Below, piece after piece: positions 55,996 to 60,531 of a stretch of DNA of 60,531 nucleotides. A program made the position numbers and the translations under genes. The notes below the pieces were generated by a model. The model ran no database searches and was not told the origin of the DNA. It was given only the letters and a program-made list of their open reading frames with translations. The number at the start of each line of letters is the position of its first letter. Position 1 is the stretch's first letter. The stretch comes from a virus (taxonomy: Duplodnaviria > Caudoviricetes): IMG/VR virus record IMGVR_UViG_3300040979_000011, positions 1-60,531 of that record; one strand, written 5' to 3'.

Positions 55996-57298
55996 TCCAG
56001 TCAAATTGCTCAAATGCTTTGCGGACGTCCAAATCCTTAATGCTTAAGCTCTCGCCAGTTTTCTTACCAGCGCTTGGCGGCGGAGTGCCGGTAGTGTGAG
56101 AAATCTTACGCCGTGCGCCAGCGATCTTATCCAGCTCGGATTTGTAGCGGTCCCGTTCAGCCTTGACGCCTTTCAGTTCGTCGGTCAGCTCCTTGTACTG
56201 CATCTCCAGGTACATCGCTCTGGTTGCTTCCACGCTCGCTCTGACCCAGCCGCGCGGACCTTTGCTCGAAATGTCCTTCATCGTTTCCACGAAGTGATTG
56301 TTCAACTTTTGGAAGCGTTCGTTGTGAGCCTCGATCGCGGCGCGTTCCTCGGTTGTTTTCGCGCTCTCGGGATCGCGAGGCAGCACTTCGGAAATCCGTT
56401 TTTCCTGTTCGCCGATTTCCGACATGATCTCTTCTTGCACCCGGGTAGCAGTTGTCTGGGTTTTCTCCTGGATCCAATTATCAAAAGCGCTTTTGTCGGA
56501 TGTGCGTCGGCTGATCTCTTGGTCTCGTTCGCGCTGGCTTTTGAGTAGCTCAGTGACACTGGAGAGCAAGCTGGCGCGATCCAATTCATTAGGGACTTTG
56601 GCAACAACCGAGTTCAGCCACCATTCGCGCGAGAGCTGATCAGGCTGATAGTTTTGAACGATATGGTTAGCCCAGGCGGTTGCGGCTTCCTTGTCCGGCA
56701 GTGCCTGGATTGCTTCGTTCAAGACCGATTCAAATTGGGTCCTAACCGGCGCATGCCATTTCTGGATGAACTCTGGATCACTGACAAAATCGAATCGGCG
56801 ACGAACACTGGCGGCATGTTCGTAATCGGCTTTTTGTTCGGGAGTCCACGCATTTTTACGGGTCTCGGCCAGTTCCGACTCGAGCTTCGCGGCGCGATCC
56901 TGAGCGGCCTTAGTTTCCGCGCGATCTTTAAGCCAAAGACTTTTGACTCGCTTAAAATCATCGACGTGCTCTGGCCGCGCATTGGGCGGCAAAGTCATCC
57001 GCTCGATCTCGGCATCACTTGGCGAAGTGGACTCTGTACTTGGTGGAGTGGGCTCTTTAGTTGGCGGAGTGACCGGCTTAAGTTCGGGCTTAGACTCCTT
57101 AGTTTCCTGGGCTGCCCCTTCACCAGCGCCTTCGCCGGGCGCAGCTGGGGCCGGTTCGGTGCTCTTAGTTGTCCCGTCTTGATCCGCCCAAAAGTCGGCA
57201 AATTCTTTGTTCAGATCTCCGAGCTGTTCTTTATCGGCACCAGTCTCAATAGTTACGGTCTCGGGAACTTCGGTAGAGATCGGAGGATTATCGGCCAT
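55973..57298 (-). CDS. Acidic coiled-coil protein, probable capsid scaffold
   Basis: Disordered acidic N-terminus and long helices, downstream of the portal. Confidence 0.55.
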   Translation of the reverse strand: MADNPPISTEVPETVTIETGADKEQLGDLNKEFADFWADQDGTTKSTEPAPAAPGEGAGEGAAQETKESKPELKPVTPPTKEPTPPSTESTSPSDAEIERMTLPPNARPEHVDDFKRVKSLWLKDRAETKAAQDRAAKLESELAETRKNAWTPEQKADYEHAASVRRRFDFVSDPEFIQKWHAPVRTQFESVLNEAIQALPDKEAATAWANHIVQNYQPDQLSREWWLNSVVAKVPNELDRASLLSSVTELLKSQRERDQEISRRTSDKSAFDNWIQEKTQTTATRVQEEIMSEIGEQEKRISEVLPRDPESAKTTEERAAIEAHNERFQKLNNHFVETMKDISSKGPRGWVRASVEATRAMYLEMQYKELTDELKGVKAERDRYKSELDKIAGARRKISHTTGTPPPSAGKKTGESLSIKDLDVRKAFEQFDWNEGGSNR

Positions 57299-57308
57299 AG
57301 GACTTTTT

Positions 57309-57572
57309 TCAATCGCGCGTAGGGTCTATAGATTTCACGCCGGCAATCTCGCCCGTTGCCGCAAAGCGAGTGGCAGCGATCTCAGCGAAAAACGATTCAT
57401 ATCCAGCACTGTATGCACCGGTCATCGCCGCGCGCTCGGTCCCTGCTGAGAGGTCGACCCTCGGTTTACGGGTCAGTAGCACACCCATCCATTTGCGTCC
57501 GACTGGCGTGTTGAGAAAGTCATTGACCGCCGCAGCTTCAGACGGGCTCCACTCGATTCCTGGCAAAGGCAT
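57309..57572 (-). CDS. Small protein following the portal
   Basis: FLNTPVGRKW motif; typical position between portal and scaffold. Confidence 0.55.
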   Translation of the reverse strand: MPLPGIEWSPSEAAAVNDFLNTPVGRKWMGVLLTRKPRVDLSAGTERAAMTGAYSAGYESFFAEIAATRFAATGEIAGVKSIDPTRD

Positions 57573-60071
57573 TTAACCAGCACCTCCTCCTGCCATTGCT
57601 GCGGCCATAGCGCCGTTACCACCACCGAGGCCCGGCGGAGCTCCGCCCATGCCGGCTGCGTTACCGCCCATCGGTAATCCCATCGGCCCGGTGTTAGTGG
57701 AACCACCACCGCCTGGGCCACCCATTCCGGGCATAGCCATGCCAGCTAAACCGCCATTCTGCTGAGCCATCATTTGCATCTGAGCCGCCTGCATCTCGGC
57801 CTGAGTCACCTTGGTGTTCAGTTCGTTATGCATCTTCTCCAGATCTTTGAGCTGGAGGATTTGCGGCTTAAGCTGGCGTTTGTTCGCGCCCTGCTGCATC
57901 ATGGCCTGAACGTGCGCTTCGGCGTGAGTGACGCCGAGTTTGCACGCTTGCAATAGATCTTTGGGCACCTGGATCGGCGGCATTTGCATCCCGATCTTTA
58001 AGTGGTCGGCTACCGCCGGAACAATCGTCTGAAAATGCTGCATGTGCGGATCGCGTTGACTAACCTGCACACCGATTCCACCCAACATGGTAGTCCACTC
58101 GAGCTGCTGGGCTCGCTGGGCCTCGATATCGGATGTCTGAGAGGGCTGGGGTACAAACAGCTCCTTAGTGGCTTTAAATCCGATGAGTCGGTTCCCTGCT
58201 TGTTCATCGAGCCTGGATTGATCGAAGTTAGGATTGTTTTTCGCCATCTGGTAAAACTGCAAAAACATCATGTCGTCATCCCGGCCAGCATGAGAAGTAA
58301 ATTCAGTGGCTGGCTCGTGAGCTAGTAGAATGATCTCCTGAATCGAAAGACCGTCGTCTAACAGATTGATAATGGTCTCGACACTAGCTTCATCGGCTTG
58401 CCCGATATCAGGCGCTTTAACAAACTGTTTGTCGGTATCGGTATCGACCTCATGCATCGCTTTGTAAAGGTCGGCATTGATCAACGTCTTGCCGGTATCG
58501 GCCGCTTTGAGCCGGGCTTTGCGTTGGTCAAGGGCGGCGCGCAAATTGGTCTTAGAATAGATCCGCCGCTGCATGCTCGAGACGCCCTTAGTGAACTGAA
58601 CCCACCACCGATTCATCATGCCCTGCTTCACTTCTTCTTCCTTGACCACGTCGATGCTGGACTGGGTCGCGGTCTGGATCTGTTGCCCGTTATTGGAAAT
58701 CTGTTGCTGATCGGGCAGGAACGCGCCGGCAATGACTTCGGCGGTATTGAGAAGTTTCTGATCCAGGCCCAACCAGTTGTTGATATCGACCCGGAACTGT
58801 TGCGCCATCAACGCGAAACCTTCGGGCACGATCATGAAGGGCGAACGAATGTGCGGCTGCAAGCGCCCGATGATCGCTTCCTCGGCTTGGCCGACTAGCA
58901 TCCCGCTAATCCACATCGCATCCACAAAGGCCATCCGAGTCTTTTCCAAAGCTAGGGAAATGTTGTATAGAAGCCGACCGATTCCCTTGGAACCAAAGAG
59001 TCTATTATTACCGGCTTGAAAACTGAACAGAGTGATGATGTCAGCCATCGAGACCGCGACTGCTTCGCCATAGAAGAGTTCGTAAGGATCATTCTCCATT
59101 GGCCTGGGTTGATCGCCGCTTGGATCAAAGGCGGGAGCACTCGAGCGTTTCTGACGATAGGCAGATTCTTTGTTCGAGCGCTTAGACCCGTTCCGATTTA
59201 CCCACCAATGATCAACGGTGTTATCATAACATTTGCAAAAGACGTGCACCGTTTCGAGCATCTTGCTTGAGCGATGAAAGGAATAATAGAGATTGCCTTC
59301 CCGGACCATGTCGGACAACTGTCGCGGGTTGTACACGAACGAATCATAAGGTGGAGCGGCCTTCTCGATAGCGGCCTGGATGTTTTTGACGTTGTATCCG
59401 GCTTCCTCGGCGGCCTCGGCATCCTCAATGATGGCGATCGCCTCATGAATGTAGTAGTTGGCTTTGACGACAAAAACCGGCACCTTTTCGGAGAGCTGCG
59501 GAGTTTGTTCGTCAAAAAGGAGGTCCTCTTGCCGGAAGGTTTGGGGCCGCCATTCATATTCGTCCATCTGAACGGAACCAGTGTATCCGTACAAAACGTT
59601 CTCCGTCGCCACCTGCTCGACGTAATCAATCCAACCGCTCCAACTGCGGATCTGTTCGGTGGTTCGTTCCCTGAATTTCTGAGTCTTGTTAACGGCGTCG
59701 ATAAAGCTGTCGGGAAGCTCGCTGGCGGTGAGGTACTTCATAGCGTGTACCGCATCGGTAAGACGGGGAGTAACGCGGTCAACGAACGTAGCCAGGACCA
59801 GGGTACTGAAATTGGCGCGCCAGCCTTCCCCATTGGCATCGAGTTTTTTCTGATCAAAGGGGCTGCCGCCATTGTAGCTATCAGTGATGAGCTTATTACG
59901 GTTGGCTCGAGCCAAGTTATCGCGCTGGAGCCGTTGAAAAACTTCGAAGGCTTGATAGGCGCTGGCGATCGGCCGGTTGGTTACCTTGGTGGTCCCTTCT
60001 TTGAATTCAGGCGTGTTGAAGCGCCCCATTTGTTCGCCACCGAATGAAGCTGAAATATTATCGCTAGCCAT
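57573..60071 (-). CDS. Probable portal protein
   Basis: 832 aa; TATQ motif; D.H..H...H; Gln/Met/Gly-rich tail as in P22-like portals. Confidence 0.7.
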   Translation of the reverse strand: MASDNISASFGGEQMGRFNTPEFKEGTTKVTNRPIASAYQAFEVFQRLQRDNLARANRNKLITDSYNGGSPFDQKKLDANGEGWRANFSTLVLATFVDRVTPRLTDAVHAMKYLTASELPDSFIDAVNKTQKFRERTTEQIRSWSGWIDYVEQVATENVLYGYTGSVQMDEYEWRPQTFRQEDLLFDEQTPQLSEKVPVFVVKANYYIHEAIAIIEDAEAAEEAGYNVKNIQAAIEKAAPPYDSFVYNPRQLSDMVREGNLYYSFHRSSKMLETVHVFCKCYDNTVDHWWVNRNGSKRSNKESAYRQKRSSAPAFDPSGDQPRPMENDPYELFYGEAVAVSMADIITLFSFQAGNNRLFGSKGIGRLLYNISLALEKTRMAFVDAMWISGMLVGQAEEAIIGRLQPHIRSPFMIVPEGFALMAQQFRVDINNWLGLDQKLLNTAEVIAGAFLPDQQQISNNGQQIQTATQSSIDVVKEEEVKQGMMNRWWVQFTKGVSSMQRRIYSKTNLRAALDQRKARLKAADTGKTLINADLYKAMHEVDTDTDKQFVKAPDIGQADEASVETIINLLDDGLSIQEIILLAHEPATEFTSHAGRDDDMMFLQFYQMAKNNPNFDQSRLDEQAGNRLIGFKATKELFVPQPSQTSDIEAQRAQQLEWTTMLGGIGVQVSQRDPHMQHFQTIVPAVADHLKIGMQMPPIQVPKDLLQACKLGVTHAEAHVQAMMQQGANKRQLKPQILQLKDLEKMHNELNTKVTQAEMQAAQMQMMAQQNGGLAGMAMPGMGGPGGGGSTNTGPMGLPMGGNAAGMGGAPPGLGGGNGAMAAAMAGGGAG

Positions 60072-60072
60072 T

Positions 60073-60531
60073 TTACTTTGAGCCTTTCCAACAAACAGCC
60101 GGTGCTTGTTGTTCGCTAGTTGAGTGAGTGTCAGTCAGCCAAACCGCAACCTCGTTTACGTGCCCAAAGATCCGGCAGACAAATAGGTTGCGATCATAAG
60201 GGGTGCGCAAACTTCCCTTGGCGTTCTGGGTCCGAACCAGGACCGTGTCGTTACAGGGAGCGCAAGGAGTGGCCCACTGGACGTTCTGCGGACACTGCGC
60301 GCAAATCTGGGCCCGTTGGCTGGCTAATGCCGAATCTATCTTCTGGATGCTTATGTTTCCGATTTTTGCCAGCCAGTCGGCAGCGCGGTCGATGGGGCGC
60401 TGATAATTGGTGATACCAATTCCGACCCGGGCCGTGACAGCAGGACTGGTCGGGGCATCGGCGCAGTTCTGCCGGAAATGCTTACAAAAGTAATTCTTTA
60501 AATCAGCGCGACAGGCTTCGATCGTGGCTTT
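60073..60531 (-). CDS. Partial Cys-rich protein (5' end outside window, not in ORF track)
   Basis: Open for 153 codons to the window edge: ...RAQICAQCPQN...CAPC...CRIFGH...CWKGSK*. Confidence 0.7.
   Translation of the reverse strand, partial: KATIEACRADLKNYFCKHFRQNCADAPTSPAVTARVGIGITNYQRPIDRAADWLAKIGNISIQKIDSALASQRAQICAQCPQNVQWATPCAPCNDTVLVRTQNAKGSLRTPYDRNLFVCRIFGHVNEVAVWLTDTHSTSEQQAPAVCWKGSK

Noticed and set aside
1-60531. tRNA/rRNA genes, reverse transcriptase/DGR, DNA polymerase, large terminase
   Set aside because: None recognised by eye; they may lie outside the window or have been missed without covariance or HMM searches

Overview
This 60.5 kb window is a large part of a GC-rich, probably temperate, podovirus-like tailed phage or prophage. 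It contains small accessory genes, a GH46-like endolysin, collagen-like tail fibres, a major capsid protein, tail tube/stabilisation genes, large internal virion proteins, two ParB-like genes, xis/int, a glycosyl/methyltransferase cluster, and scaffold and portal genes on the opposite strand. The most notable element is at 7750-9220. There a nuclease-less Nop/IS110-C-terminal-like protein is followed immediately by 17 units of about 36 nt. Each unit has two alternating 9-nt repeats separated by variable 9-nt spacers, the architecture of a TIGR-Tas (TasA-type) RNA-guided system. Second is an intact YcaO-TfuA (thioamidation-type) pair inside the virion ejection-protein operon. Other observations: a promoter/operator motif repeated before three leaderless genes, a tail gene that reads through an antisense HNH gene, a 1913-aa multi-domain virion protein, and a shared module in two adjacent tail adhesins. 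All functional calls come from motif recognition by eye; no searches were run.
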